A model generated the notes under the pieces. That model made no database searches, was not told where the DNA came from, and saw only the letters and a list, made by a program, of their open reading frames with translations. A stretch of DNA of 64,000 bases, taken from the NCBI GenBank assembly GCA_963749075.1, contig CAVVLJ010000020.1, positions 384,001-448,000 of the forward strand. The letters run 5' to 3'. A program made the position numbers and the translations under genes. This DNA comes from an uncultured Pseudomonadota bacterium (GTDB lineage Bacteria > Pseudomonadota > Alphaproteobacteria > JACZXZ01). Of this stretch, positions 1 to 9,618 are shown one piece after another; positions within the stretch are counted from its first letter, which is position 1, and every line of letters begins with the position of its first letter.

Positions 1-288
1 CCCGAGGCCCGGCACGTGATCTTCCACAGCTTCGACGGCTATACGACCAACATCCCGCTTAGCGTCTTCGCGGGCGAGGACGTGATGCTCGCCGCGAGCT
101 GGGAGGGCGAGCCGCTCACCCGCGAGCACGGCGGGCCGGTGCGCGCGCTGGTGCCCAGACTCTATTTCTGGAAGAGCGCCAAGTGGCTGAAGCGCATCGA
201 GCTCAGCGCCGAGGACAAGCCCGGCTTCTGGGAGGTGCGCGGCTACCACAACGACGCCGACCCGTGGAAGGAGGAGCGCTACGGATGA
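1..288 (+). CDS. Sulfite-oxidase-like molybdopterin oxidoreductase, 5' truncated by window edge
   Basis: Motifs GYTTNIPL, PLTREHGGPVR, YFWKSAKW, GFWEVRGYH; frame open from base 1. Confidence 0.85.
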   Translation, partial: PEARHVIFHSFDGYTTNIPLSVFAGEDVMLAASWEGEPLTREHGGPVRALVPRLYFWKSAKWLKRIELSAEDKPGFWEVRGYHNDADPWKEERYG

Positions 289-782
289 CCGCTTACGATT
301 TCAGTTTCCGCTCGATCGACGGCACGCCGCTGCCGCTCGAGGCCTATCGCGGCAAGCCGGTGCTCGTGGTCAATACCGCCTCCGAGTGCGGCTTCACGCC
401 GCAATATAAGGAGCTCGAGGCCCTCTGGCGGCGCTACCGCGCGCGCGGCCTCGTCGTCCTCGGCGTGCCGTCGAACGACTTCGGCGGCCAGGAGCCGGGC
501 AGTGCCGCCGAGATCAAGAGCTTTTGCGAGCTCAATTACGCGGTCGACTTCCCGCTCGCCGGCAAGGAGAAGGTGATCGGCGCCGAGGCCCACCCGTTCT
601 ACCGCTGGGTCGCGAGCGAGCTCGGCGAGGACGCGGCACCGCGCTGGAACTTCCACAAGTACCTCGTCGGCCCCTCGGGCGAGCTCGCCGGCATGTGGCC
701 CTCGCGCGTGTCGCCCACGGCACCCGAGATCCTGCGCGAGGTCGAGGCGCTGTTGCCGGAAGCGGGAGCCGGGAAAGATTAA
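285..782 (+). CDS. Glutathione peroxidase
   Basis: VNTASECGFTPQY, LGVPSNDFGGQEPG and WNFHKYL motifs; ATGA overlap with upstream stop. Confidence 0.93.
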   Translation: MTAYDFSFRSIDGTPLPLEAYRGKPVLVVNTASECGFTPQYKELEALWRRYRARGLVVLGVPSNDFGGQEPGSAAEIKSFCELNYAVDFPLAGKEKVIGAEAHPFYRWVASELGEDAAPRWNFHKYLVGPSGELAGMWPSRVSPTAPEILREVEALLPEAGAGKD

Positions 783-796
783 AGATTGATGTGGCA

Positions 797-899
797 TACC
801 CCCCTCCCCAACCCTCCCCCTCAAGGGGGGAGGGGGCCCATTGTCGTCCACACTGGCATTTCCCTTCCCCCCTTGAGGGGGAGGGCAGGGAGGGGGGTA
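797..899. repeat. Intergenic palindromic REP/RIME-like element, family A
   Basis: Two CCCTCCCCC-(TCAA/TTGA)-GGGGGAGGG-type hairpins inside terminal inverted repeats; related copy at 51011-51110. Confidence 0.8.
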
Positions 900-917
900 G
901 CGCGCGCCGCAGTCGCC

Positions 918-2030
918 ATGAGCCGGGCGATGATTGCGCTGGCGCTTGCCGCAGCCGTCCCCGCCCGCGCCGCCGAGGTCGAGATCCCGGTCCTGGTGCC
1001 GCTCACCGGTGTCTTGGCGCTCGAAGGCACCAGCCAGAGGAACGGCGCTCTCCTCGCCTTCGCCCATCCGCCGCACGGCGTTCAGGTCAAGGGCGAGGTC
1101 TCCGACACCGGCAGTGCGCCCGAGGTGGCGGTCAATGCGCTCGAGCGCGCGGCGTTGGACGGCCATCCAATCGCCGTCGTCGCTTCCATGTTCGGGCCGC
1201 AGATCCTCGCCATGCTGCCGCTCGCCGCGCGCTACAAGCTGCCGCTCATCACCATCTCGGGCACGGCCAAGGTCACCGAGCTCGGCAATCCGTACGTCTT
1301 CCGCTTCTTCCCCGCCGACACTCTCGTCAAGCGGGCGCAGGCGCGTTTTGCCGTCGAGCGCCTGGGGAAGCGCCGGCCGGCACTCCTCTACCAGACGACC
1401 GCCTACGGCCAGAGCGGCGAGGCGGTGCTGGTGCCGGCCTTCAAGAAGCTCGGCGCACCGCTCGTCTTCGAGGACGCGCTCGATCTCTCGGTCAAGGATT
1501 TCCTGCCGATCCTCGAGCGGGTGAAGGCGGCCAAGCCGGACGTGCTCATCCTCCAGCTCCACGCCAGCTCGACGGCCCTCGTCGTGAAGCAGGCGGCGGC
1601 GATGGCGCTCGGCCTGCCCATCGTCGCCGGCTCGGCCATGCACCAGCCCTCGACCGCGGCCCTCCTCGATCCCGCCGACCTCAAGGGCGTGTGCGCCGAG
1701 ACGAGCGCTTCTCCCATCTCGGCCGAGACGCCGGAGATCGCGGCATGGCTCGCCGCCTACCGCGCGATGTTCCACGGCGATCCCGACGCCTACGCGCTCG
1801 CCCAATACGACGGCGTCGAGATGGTCGAGCGCGCGGTCGCCGAGGGCGCTGCGACGCCCGAGGCGGTGCGCGCCTATCTCGCCGGGAAGAGCTACAAGGG
1901 GCTCGCCATGACCTATAAATCCGACGGCAAGGGCAACATGGCGCATGCGGCCGAGATCGTCTGTTACGACGGCAAGACGCGGACGCCGGCCATAGCCGCC
2001 CATTACGAGAACCTCGACGCGGCGCCTTAG
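918..2030 (+). CDS. Branched-chain amino acid-type ABC substrate-binding protein
   Basis: Signal peptide, VPLTG..G motif, NPYVFR; followed by livHMGF-like genes. Start moved downstream of the REP element. Confidence 0.85.
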   Translation: MSRAMIALALAAAVPARAAEVEIPVLVPLTGVLALEGTSQRNGALLAFAHPPHGVQVKGEVSDTGSAPEVAVNALERAALDGHPIAVVASMFGPQILAMLPLAARYKLPLITISGTAKVTELGNPYVFRFFPADTLVKRAQARFAVERLGKRRPALLYQTTAYGQSGEAVLVPAFKKLGAPLVFEDALDLSVKDFLPILERVKAAKPDVLILQLHASSTALVVKQAAAMALGLPIVAGSAMHQPSTAALLDPADLKGVCAETSASPISAETPEIAAWLAAYRAMFHGDPDAYALAQYDGVEMVERAVAEGAATPEAVRAYLAGKSYKGLAMTYKSDGKGNMAHAAEIVCYDGKTRTPAIAAHYENLDAAP

Positions 2031-2053
2031 GCGGCGGCCGGGCGGGCACCCCC

Positions 2054-2926
2054 TTGCAATTCCTCCAGCTCGTCTTGGACGGCGTCGCCCTCGGGGCCGC
2101 CTATGCGCTCGTGGCCTTGGGCTTCGTGCTCGTGCTCAACGCCACGGGTGCGGTCAACTTCGCGACCGGCGACATGGTGATGGCGGGCGGCTTCGTGGCG
2201 GTGGCGCTCGCGGGCGTGCTGCCGGTCCCGGGCATCCTCCTCCTGCCGCTCGTCCTCCTCCTCATGGCGCCGCTCGGGCTCGCGGCGGCAGTGCTCGCCT
2301 ATTTCCCGCTCATGCGCCGGCCGCCTACCGCGGTCTTCATCAGCACGCTGGCGCTCGGCGTCATCCTGCAGAATACGGCGAATGCGATCTTCGGTGCTGC
2401 ACCGCAGAAGGCGCCGGCGCTTTTGGGCGAGCGCGTCTTCCATTGGGGCGCCTTGGCGCTCGGCGAGCAGTCGCTCGCCATCATCGCGACGGCGGCCGTC
2501 CTCGTCTTGGGCCAGCATCTCCTCTTCGCGCGCACTCAGCTCGGCCGCGCGCTGCGCGCGACGGCAGAGGACCGCGAGATCGCCGAGGCGCTCGGCATCC
2601 GCACGAGGCGCATGATCGCCCTCACCTTCGCTCTTGCCTCAGCACTCGCCGGTGCCGCCGGGCTCCTCCTCGCCAACCGCTATTTCGTCGAGCCCGCGCG
2701 CGGCAACGAGCTCATGCTGAGCGCCTATATCGCCGTCGTCATCGGCGGCTGGGGCAGCTTGCCGGGGGCGGTCACCGCGGCCCTCCTCATCGCCCTCTTC
2801 CAGGTCATCGTCTCGGCCTACGTCTCCTATACGGCAGCGGCAGCCCTCCTCTATGGCGTCCTCCTCGCCGTGCTCTTCTTGCGGCCCAAGGGCCTCTTCG
2901 GCGAGGCCGCGGGGCGGCGCGCCTGA
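2054..2926 (+). CDS. Branched-chain ABC permease (LivH-like)
   Basis: YALVALGFVLV..VNFATG, GRALRATAED, IGGWGSLPGA. Confidence 0.9.
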   Translation: MQFLQLVLDGVALGAAYALVALGFVLVLNATGAVNFATGDMVMAGGFVAVALAGVLPVPGILLLPLVLLLMAPLGLAAAVLAYFPLMRRPPTAVFISTLALGVILQNTANAIFGAAPQKAPALLGERVFHWGALALGEQSLAIIATAAVLVLGQHLLFARTQLGRALRATAEDREIAEALGIRTRRMIALTFALASALAGAAGLLLANRYFVEPARGNELMLSAYIAVVIGGWGSLPGAVTAALLIALFQVIVSAYVSYTAAAALLYGVLLAVLFLRPKGLFGEAAGRRA

Positions 2927-4716
2927 TGCCCGCAGCGCTCGCCAAGGGCATCCGGCTGCCGCTCCTCGCCGCGGCCCTCGCCCTGGCGATCTATCCCGCA
3001 CTTCTCGCCAACGCCTACGGCTTGCGCGTGCTGACGCTCGCCGGCATCTATGCGCTCCTCGTCATCGGCTACCAGTTCGTCTTCGGCCACGCCGGCGCCT
3101 TCTCGCTGGCGCAAGGCGCCTTCTTCGGCCTCGGCGCCTATGTGAGCGGCATCCTGGCGAGCGACCTCGGCTGGAGCTTTCCGCTCGCCTTCCCGCTCGC
3201 CGTGGCGGCACCCGCACTTCTCGCGGCCTGCGTCGCGGTGCCGGTGTTGCGGCTCGAGAGCCATTATTTCGCGCTCGCCACCTTGGGCCTCGCCCAGGTC
3301 GTGCTGCTGGCAGCGCTCGATTGGCAGGGTCTCACCGGAGGGGCGAACGGCATCGCGGCGATCCCCGCCATCGCCGCCTTCGGCGTGGCCGTGCCGGACG
3401 GCTGGCCGCTCCTCCTCCTCGTCTGGGCCTTCGTTGCGTTGGGCGGACTGCTCGCCTGGCAGCTCATGCGCGGCCTCTACGGCAGCAGCTTCCGCGTCAT
3501 GCGCGAGAGCACGAGCGCCGCGGCCTGCCTCGGCATCGACGCAGCGCGGCTGCGCTTCGCGGCTTTCCTCCTCTCGGCTGCTTACGCGGGCGCTGCCGGC
3601 GCCCTCTACGCCCATGCGATTGGCGTGATCTCGCCGAGCGTGCTCGAGTTTCCCGTCATGGTCGCCTGCCTCGCCATGGCGGTGGTGGGCGGCGCCACCC
3701 GCGTCGCGGGCGCCATCCTCGGTGCCGTGCTGCTCGTCCACCTGCCCGAGTGGTTCCGCCCCCTCGAGGGCTATTATCTCATCGCTTACGGTGCCGCACT
3801 CCTCGCCGTCATCACGGCAGCCCCCTCCGGGCTCGTGGGCGCCGCCGAGCGCCTGCGCGCCCGCCTCATGCCCGAGCCGCCGCCCGCGTGCCCGGCGCCC
3901 GCGACGACGGCTCTCCGCCCGCGCGAGGCGGCATCCGGCGCGCCCCTCCTCGAGCTCGAGCGCCTGGGCATCGCCTTCGGCGGCGTGCGGGCGCTCGGCG
4001 GCGTGAGCCTCGCCATCCGCGAGGGCGAGCTCGTGGGCCTCATCGGGCCGAACGGCTCGGGCAAGACCACGCTCGTCAACCTGGTGACCGGGCTCTACCG
4101 TCCGCGCGAGGGGCGCATCCGCTTTGCCGGCCGCGACGTCACGGGAGCGCCGGCGCACCGCTTGGCGCAGCTCGGCATCGCGCGCAGCTTCCAGAGCGTC
4201 GAGCTGGTGCCGCAGATGACGGCGCTCGACAATGTGGCCCTCGGCCGTGCTGCGCTCGAGGGCGCCGGCCTTCGCTCGGCATTCCTCGCGGGACGGCTCG
4301 ATCGGCAGCTCGCGCGCGCGCGCGCCCATGCCATGGCGCTCCTCTACGAGCTCGGCATCGCCGCCCACGCCGGCCGTGCCGCGGGCGAGCTGCCGCACGG
4401 CACCCGGCGCCTCGTCGAGATCGCGCGCGCCCTCGCCCTCGAGCCGCGGCTTCTCATCCTCGACGAGCCGGCGGCGGGCTTGGGCGAGGCTGCGGCGGCA
4501 GCACTCGGCGAGCGGCTCGAGCGTCTGATGCTGGGCGGCACAGCACTCCTCGTCGTCGAGCACGACATGCCGTTCCTCTTGGCCTTGGCGCGGCGCGTGA
4601 TCTGCCTGGCCGATGGCCGCGTCATCGCCGAGGGCACCCCCGCCGAGATGCGCGAGCATCCGCGCGTGATCGAAGCCTATCTCGGGCGCAGCGCCGAGCC
4701 GGGAGGGCTGCCGTGA
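2926..4716 (+). CDS. Fused branched-chain ABC permease/ATPase (LivM-LivG-like)
   Basis: N-terminal FSLAQGAFFGLGAY permease, C-terminal GPNGSGKT and LILDEP in one frame; TGATG coupling. Confidence 0.88.
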   Translation: MPAALAKGIRLPLLAAALALAIYPALLANAYGLRVLTLAGIYALLVIGYQFVFGHAGAFSLAQGAFFGLGAYVSGILASDLGWSFPLAFPLAVAAPALLAACVAVPVLRLESHYFALATLGLAQVVLLAALDWQGLTGGANGIAAIPAIAAFGVAVPDGWPLLLLVWAFVALGGLLAWQLMRGLYGSSFRVMRESTSAAACLGIDAARLRFAAFLLSAAYAGAAGALYAHAIGVISPSVLEFPVMVACLAMAVVGGATRVAGAILGAVLLVHLPEWFRPLEGYYLIAYGAALLAVITAAPSGLVGAAERLRARLMPEPPPACPAPATTALRPREAASGAPLLELERLGIAFGGVRALGGVSLAIREGELVGLIGPNGSGKTTLVNLVTGLYRPREGRIRFAGRDVTGAPAHRLAQLGIARSFQSVELVPQMTALDNVALGRAALEGAGLRSAFLAGRLDRQLARARAHAMALLYELGIAAHAGRAAGELPHGTRRLVEIARALALEPRLLILDEPAAGLGEAAAAALGERLERLMLGGTALLVVEHDMPFLLALARRVICLADGRVIAEGTPAEMREHPRVIEAYLGRSAEPGGLP

Positions 4717-5423
4717 GCGAGCCGCTCCTCGACATCAGAGGCCTCTCGGTGTCCTACGGCGGCAGCACGGCGCTCGAGGGCGTCTCGCTCGCGCTCGAGG
4801 CCGGCGAGGCGGTGGCCCTCCTCGGCGCCAACGGCGCCGGCAAATCGACGCTCATCAAGGCGGTGATGGGCCTCGTGCCGCACGCGGCCGCGCGCTTGAG
4901 CTTCGCCGGCGCCGACCTCCGCCGCCTCGCCACAGCCGAGCGCGCGCGGCTCGGGCTCGGCTATTGCCCCGAGGGCCGCCGCGTCTTTCCCGGCCTCAGC
5001 GTGCGCGACAATCTCGAGGTCGCGGCGCGCGCCGGACGTGCGGCGAGGCGGCGGCGGCTCGAGTCCGTGCTGACGCTCTTCCCCGCACTTGCGGAGCGGT
5101 GCCATGCGCGCGCCTGGCAGCTCTCCGGTGGGCAGCAGCAGATGCTGGCGCTCGGCCGCGCGCTCATGTCGGCACCGCGCCTCCTCCTTCTCGACGAGCC
5201 CACGCTCGGCCTCTCGCCCATCCTGGCGGACGAGGTCCTCGAGAGCGTGCGCGCGATTCAGCGCGCGGGCACCGCGGTGCTGCTCGCCGAGGAGAACGCG
5301 CGGAAAGCGCTCGCGGTGGCCGAGCGCGGCTATCTCCTCGAGCTCGGCCGCGTGGTGCGCGCGGGCTCTGCTGCGGCGCTTGCCGAAAGTGGCGCCGCGA
5401 AGCAGGCCTTCCTCGGAGGCTAG
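4713..5423 (+). CDS. Branched-chain ABC ATPase (LivF-like)
   Basis: GANGAGKS, PEGRRVF, LSGGQQQML, LLLDEP; GTGA overlap. Confidence 0.9.
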   Translation: MSEPLLDIRGLSVSYGGSTALEGVSLALEAGEAVALLGANGAGKSTLIKAVMGLVPHAAARLSFAGADLRRLATAERARLGLGYCPEGRRVFPGLSVRDNLEVAARAGRAARRRRLESVLTLFPALAERCHARAWQLSGGQQQMLALGRALMSAPRLLLLDEPTLGLSPILADEVLESVRAIQRAGTAVLLAEENARKALAVAERGYLLELGRVVRAGSAAALAESGAAKQAFLGG

Positions 5424-5496
5424 CGCGCGAACGGCTGCCTGTGTGACGATGAGGCGCCATGCAGCGAAAAGACGCTCGAACGAAGGAGGCCAAGCC

Positions 5497-5883
5497 GTGC
5501 TCAAGCATCTCAACCCCGCGACCATCGCCAAGCCCGCCGGGCGCTACAGCCAGGCGGTCGAGGTGCCGGCGGGCGCGCGCCTGCTCTATATATCCGGACA
5601 GGTCGGGGTGACGCCCGACGGCACCATGCTCGAGGGCTTCGAGGCGCAGGCGGGCCAGGCCTGGCGCAATCTCCTCGGCGTGCTCGAGGCGGCGGGCATG
5701 GGCCCGGGCGATCTCGTGCGCCTCAACTACTACCTGACCGATGCGGCGAACGTGGCGGCGTTGCGCGCCGTGCGCGACCGCTTCCTCAAGGACCCGCCGC
5801 CGGCGGCCACGCTCGTCATGATCACGGCGCTCGCCTCGCCGGCCTGGCTCGTCGAGATCGAGGCGGTCGCCGCCAAGGCGTAG
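5497..5883 (+). CDS. RidA/YjgF family protein
   Basis: YSQAV, LYISGQVG, LVEIEAVA; GGAGG Shine-Dalgarno before GTG. Confidence 0.88.
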   Translation: MLKHLNPATIAKPAGRYSQAVEVPAGARLLYISGQVGVTPDGTMLEGFEAQAGQAWRNLLGVLEAAGMGPGDLVRLNYYLTDAANVAALRAVRDRFLKDPPPAATLVMITALASPAWLVEIEAVAAKA

Positions 5884-5895
5884 CGGGTGCGTCGG

Positions 5896-7125
5896 TTATT
5901 CCACCGCCTTGAGGTGCGGTCGCTTGGCAGCCGCCGCCTCGCGCAGGTGGCCGTCGCGCGTCTGCGGCAGCTTGCGGCCCAGGATGCGCGCCGCCACCAC
6001 GGTGCGCAGGATCTGCGCGGTGCCGCCGCCGATCGTGAACATGCGCGCGTCGCGCACCATGCGCTCGAGCGGGCGGTTGCGCGAGTAGCCGGCAGCGCCG
6101 TGGATCTGGAGGGCGTCGTTGGTCACCTGGATTGCGGTCTCGGAGGCGAGCAGCTTGGCCTGCGCCGCCTCGAGCGGGTCGGGGAAGCCGGCGCCGGCAT
6201 TGGCCGCCGCCTTGTAGACGAGGGCCTCGGCGGCGGCCAGGCGCACCGACATGTCGGCGAGCATCCACTGCAGGCCCTGGAACTCGGCGATCGGGCGGCC
6301 GAACTGCTCGCGCTCCTGGCTATAGGCAAGTGCCGCCTCGTAGCTGCCCTGTGCGATGCCGAGGGCGACTGCCGCAGCGCCCACGCGCTGGCCGTTATAG
6401 GCGTTCATGAGATCGCCGAAGCCCTTGCGGAAGCCGCCGGGCGAGGGCAACGCGCGCTCGAGCGGCAGCTCGAGGTCGCGAAAGAGGATCTCCGTCTCCG
6501 GAATGCCGCGCAGGCCCATGGCCGGCTCGCGCTTGCCGATGACGAGGCCGGGATGCTCGCCGCGCACCGCGATGAAGCCGCCGATGCCCTGCTCGGCACC
6601 GCGCTCGTCGAAGACGCGCGCGAAGATGAGATGGAGCTTGGAGACGCCGCCGCCGGTGATCCAATGCTTCTTGCCGTTGAGCACGTAGCGCCCTTGGCGC
6701 TTATCGGCGCGCGTCGTCATCTCGCTCGCGGCACTGCCGGCCTCGGGCTCGGTGATGCAGATGGCGGGCTTGTCGCCCGCGAGCACGAGCTCCGCCGCGA
6801 GCCGCTTCTGCGCCTCGCTGCCGTAGGCCATGATGGCGCCGATGGCGCCCATGTTGGCCTCGACCACGATGCGCGCGGTAACGCCGCAGCGCTTGGCCAT
6901 CGCCTGGACGACGAGAACCGCGTCGAGATAGCCGAGCCCGGCGCCGCCATAGGCTTGGGGGATGGTCATGCCGAAAAAGCCGGCCGCCTTGAGCGCCGCC
7001 ACATTGTCCCAGGGATAGGCCTCGCTGCGGTCGACCTCGGCGGCGCGCGCGGCGATCTCGCCGTCGGCCAGCGCCGCGGCGCGGGCCTTGAGCGACAGCT
7101 GGTCCGCGCCGAGCCGGAAATCCAT
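5896..7125 (-). CDS. Acyl-CoA dehydrogenase-family 3-sulfinopropanoyl-CoA desulfinase-like protein
   Basis: ACAD fold lacking the catalytic Glu (MFTIGGGT, YNGQRVG). Segments LVLAGDKPAICI, WITGGGVSKLHLIFARVF and KLPQTRDG match my recollection of Advenella Acd. Confidence 0.8.
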   Translation of the reverse strand: MDFRLGADQLSLKARAAALADGEIAARAAEVDRSEAYPWDNVAALKAAGFFGMTIPQAYGGAGLGYLDAVLVVQAMAKRCGVTARIVVEANMGAIGAIMAYGSEAQKRLAAELVLAGDKPAICITEPEAGSAASEMTTRADKRQGRYVLNGKKHWITGGGVSKLHLIFARVFDERGAEQGIGGFIAVRGEHPGLVIGKREPAMGLRGIPETEILFRDLELPLERALPSPGGFRKGFGDLMNAYNGQRVGAAAVALGIAQGSYEAALAYSQEREQFGRPIAEFQGLQWMLADMSVRLAAAEALVYKAAANAGAGFPDPLEAAQAKLLASETAIQVTNDALQIHGAAGYSRNRPLERMVRDARMFTIGGGTAQILRTVVAARILGRKLPQTRDGHLREAAAAKRPHLKAVE

Positions 7126-7213
7126 GGCAGCCGTCCTTACCTGGCCGTGTCCGGCGAGTATGGGCGCGCCTTCCTCGCGAGACAAGCAGCACCGCCCCGA
7201 GCGGCGCCCGCGT

Positions 7214-7729
7214 CTAGTAGGAGCCGGTCTGGGCCATGGCGCCGGGCGCCTCGGGATAGATGAAGCCGTAGACCGCGTAGACCTTGTTGCCGAAGTCGTT
7301 GAGCGGCCCGTACCACACGCGCACCTGGCTCCAGTCGTTGTCGGGCGATTCGTCGATCACCTCCACGTCCTCCTCGACGCGGCCCCTGCGGCCGGCGATG
7401 CGCGACCAGTTGGCGTGGTCGACCTTGATGGTGCGCGCGTCGACCATCTCGGTCACCACCGCCACGTGGCCGGCGGGCATGCCGCGGCTGCGCTTGAAGA
7501 CGAGGGCGGCACCCACCGCTGGCCGGCTGCCGCGCCCGTAGCGACCGTCGGCTTCGTGCCACCAGGTCCAGGCGGCGCCATAGAGGTCGAGGCCCGAGAT
7601 GTCCCGGGCATAGGGCGCGCATTGAACGGCCCAGCTGGGCGAGGAGATGAGACCGGAGATAAGGCCGAAGACAGGGAATGTCGCAACGATGCCAATAGCG
7701 ATCAGCTTGGCGAGCTTTCGCTCCCTCAT
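7214..7729 (-). CDS. CHAP-domain protein (putative peptidoglycan amidase)
   Basis: QCAPYAR, GHVAVV, DHANW, YGFIYP; N-terminal signal/anchor. Confidence 0.85.
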   Translation of the reverse strand: MRERKLAKLIAIGIVATFPVFGLISGLISSPSWAVQCAPYARDISGLDLYGAAWTWWHEADGRYGRGSRPAVGAALVFKRSRGMPAGHVAVVTEMVDARTIKVDHANWSRIAGRRGRVEEDVEVIDESPDNDWSQVRVWYGPLNDFGNKVYAVYGFIYPEAPGAMAQTGSY

Positions 7730-7934
7730 GCCGCCCCCTTTCCCGCGCCGCTCGTTGTGTCTGCAGTTTATTTTATTGTCCGCGACCTTGTCTCAATTCG
7801 CCGCGGATTTCAAGCGTCGCGTCGCCGGCTCCGGACGGGGGCCGCTGCGGCGCCGGCCGCTCAGCCGCGAATTCATCCAGGCCGCGAACTTTACTCTTGC
7901 GCACCGGCCAAATTGGCGTAGAAGAAAGGTCGAC

Positions 7935-8030
7935 GCATACGCACGTGCCGCTGGCCCTCTGTGGTTATGCAACGACGGTCGCGTCTCTTTTGGCAACCCC
8001 GGCGCCGCGCCGGATCCGAGAGGGAGCAAT
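7935..8030 (+). promoter_or_regulatory. Putative speF-leader-like cis-regulatory RNA
   Basis: Directly upstream of ornithine decarboxylase; GCACGTGC and GCAACGACGGT blocks plus a CCGG hairpin recall the alphaproteobacterial speF leader; boundaries approximate. Confidence 0.45.
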
Positions 8031-8032
8031 CG

Positions 8033-9397
8033 ATGTTCGTAGCCAATAAGGGTGGCCCGGCCACCCGTCGTCGGATTTCCTCGTCTTCTCCGGCCGCCGC
8101 CGCGGCAGAGCGTCTGGATGCCCAGGCGGTTCCTGCGCGCGGGCGCGATGGCGTGCGGCTTGCCGGTGCGGCGCTGGCGCCGGAGCCGTCCCGCGCGCGC
8201 GCGCCGCACAAGCGCAAGGGCAAGCCGCGCCTTCGCGTCGTCGGCGCCGAGGTCGCGCGCGGCGACGTAACACCCAAGACCGCCGAGTTCCTCGCCACGG
8301 CGCGGCCGGCGACGCCCTGCCTCGTCGTCGATCTCGACGTGGTCGAGCAGAGCTATCTGGCGCTCGCCCGCTCGCTCGAGCCGGCGCAGATGTTCTATTC
8401 GGTCAAGGCGAACCCGGCGCCCGAGGTGCTGCGCCTGCTGGCGCGCAACGGCTCGGCCTTCGATGCGGCGAGCCTCGGCGAGATCGAGCTCTGCCTGGCG
8501 CTCGGCATCGATCCCGCGCGGCTCTCCTTCGGCAACACGATCAAGAAGCAGGCCGACATCGCCTTCGCCTTCGAGAAGGGCGTCCGCCTCTTCGCCTTCG
8601 ATGCGGAGAGCGAGGTCAAGAAGCTCGCCGCGGCGGCACCCGGGGCGCGCGTCTTCTGCCGCGTGCTGGTGGACAACGAGGGGGCGGAATGGCCGCTCTC
8701 GCGCAAGTTCGGCTGCGCACCCGGCATGGCGGGCGAGCTCATGCTCGCCGCCCGCTCGCTCGGGCTCGATGCCTGCGGCTTCTCCTTCCACGTCGGCTCC
8801 CAGCAGACCGACGTGGCGCAGTGGGACAAGGTGCTCGAGAAGGTCGCCCGCCTCTATCGCGAGGTGCGCGCGCGCGGGGTCGACCTCCGCCTGATCAATC
8901 TCGGCGGCGGCTTCCCGAGCCGCTATCAGCAGGACGTGCCCTCGGTCGAGGCCTATGGCGCCGCGGTGATCGCGGCGGCGCGCAAGCATTTCGGCGAGCC
9001 GTTGCCCGAGCTCATCGTCGAGCCGGGCCGCGGCGTGGTGGGCGACGCCGGCGTCATCGAGAGCGAGGTGGTGCTGATCTCGACCAAGGACGTGGGCGAG
9101 CAGACGCGCTGGGTCTACCTCGACGTCGGCAAGTTCTCCGGCCTCGCCGAGACCATGGACGAGGCGATCAAGTACCGTCTCTCGACCCCGCACGACGGCG
9201 GGCCAACCGGACCCGTGGTGCTGGCCGGTCCCACCTGCGACAGCGTCGACATCCTTTACGAGAAGGCCGGCTACCGCCTGCCGTTAGCGCTCAAGGAGGG
9301 CGACAAGGTGCACATCCTCTCCTGCGGCGCCTACACGACGACCTACTCGTCGATCGGCTTCAACGGCTTCCCGCCGCTCAAGACCTATTATCTCTGA
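8033..9397 (+). CDS. Fold-type III PLP-dependent ornithine/lysine decarboxylase
   Basis: FYSVKAN (PLP Lys), FDAAS, SFHVGSQ, NLGGGF, EPGR, GPTCDS, GAYT; start uncertain. Confidence 0.9.
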   Translation: MFVANKGGPATRRRISSSSPAAAAAERLDAQAVPARGRDGVRLAGAALAPEPSRARAPHKRKGKPRLRVVGAEVARGDVTPKTAEFLATARPATPCLVVDLDVVEQSYLALARSLEPAQMFYSVKANPAPEVLRLLARNGSAFDAASLGEIELCLALGIDPARLSFGNTIKKQADIAFAFEKGVRLFAFDAESEVKKLAAAAPGARVFCRVLVDNEGAEWPLSRKFGCAPGMAGELMLAARSLGLDACGFSFHVGSQQTDVAQWDKVLEKVARLYREVRARGVDLRLINLGGGFPSRYQQDVPSVEAYGAAVIAAARKHFGEPLPELIVEPGRGVVGDAGVIESEVVLISTKDVGEQTRWVYLDVGKFSGLAETMDEAIKYRLSTPHDGGPTGPVVLAGPTCDSVDILYEKAGYRLPLALKEGDKVHILSCGAYTTTYSSIGFNGFPPLKTYYL

Positions 9398-9514
9398 CGC
9401 CGCAAGGCGGGCCGCGGCAGCAGGGCCCGCTGCGCGCGGAAAAGAGCGCGGAGGCCGGTCGGCCGTGTGCGGTGAGTTCCGGCCTCCGCGCCGGGGAGAG
9501 CCCTCTGGACTCTA

Positions 9515-9618
9515 GGTTCCTCGCGTCGCTCCGCTCAGGCGGTTCCTCGCGTCGCTCCGCTCAGGCGGTTCCTCGCGTCGCTCCGCTCAGGCGGTTCCTC
9601 GCGTCGCTCCGCTCGGGC
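9515..9618. repeat. 26-bp tandem repeat x4 (GGTTCCTCGCGTCGCTCCGCTCAGGC)
   Basis: Three identical copies and a fourth with one mismatch, no spacers. Confidence 0.95.

Noticed and set aside
786-917. N-terminal extension of the ABC binding protein in the ORF track
   Set aside because: It is a translation of the palindromic repeat; the signal peptide starts at 918 or 930
279-2003. Long antisense ORFs here and elsewhere (e.g. 2851-4659, 42746-44965, 54265-56385)
   Set aside because: Typical high-GC shadow ORFs opposite well-supported genes
2926-4716. LivM-LivG fusion as a novelty
   Set aside because: Such permease-ATPase fusions are common in this transporter family
9515-9618. Possible CRISPR array
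   Set aside because: Repeats are contiguous with no spacers, and there are no cas genes
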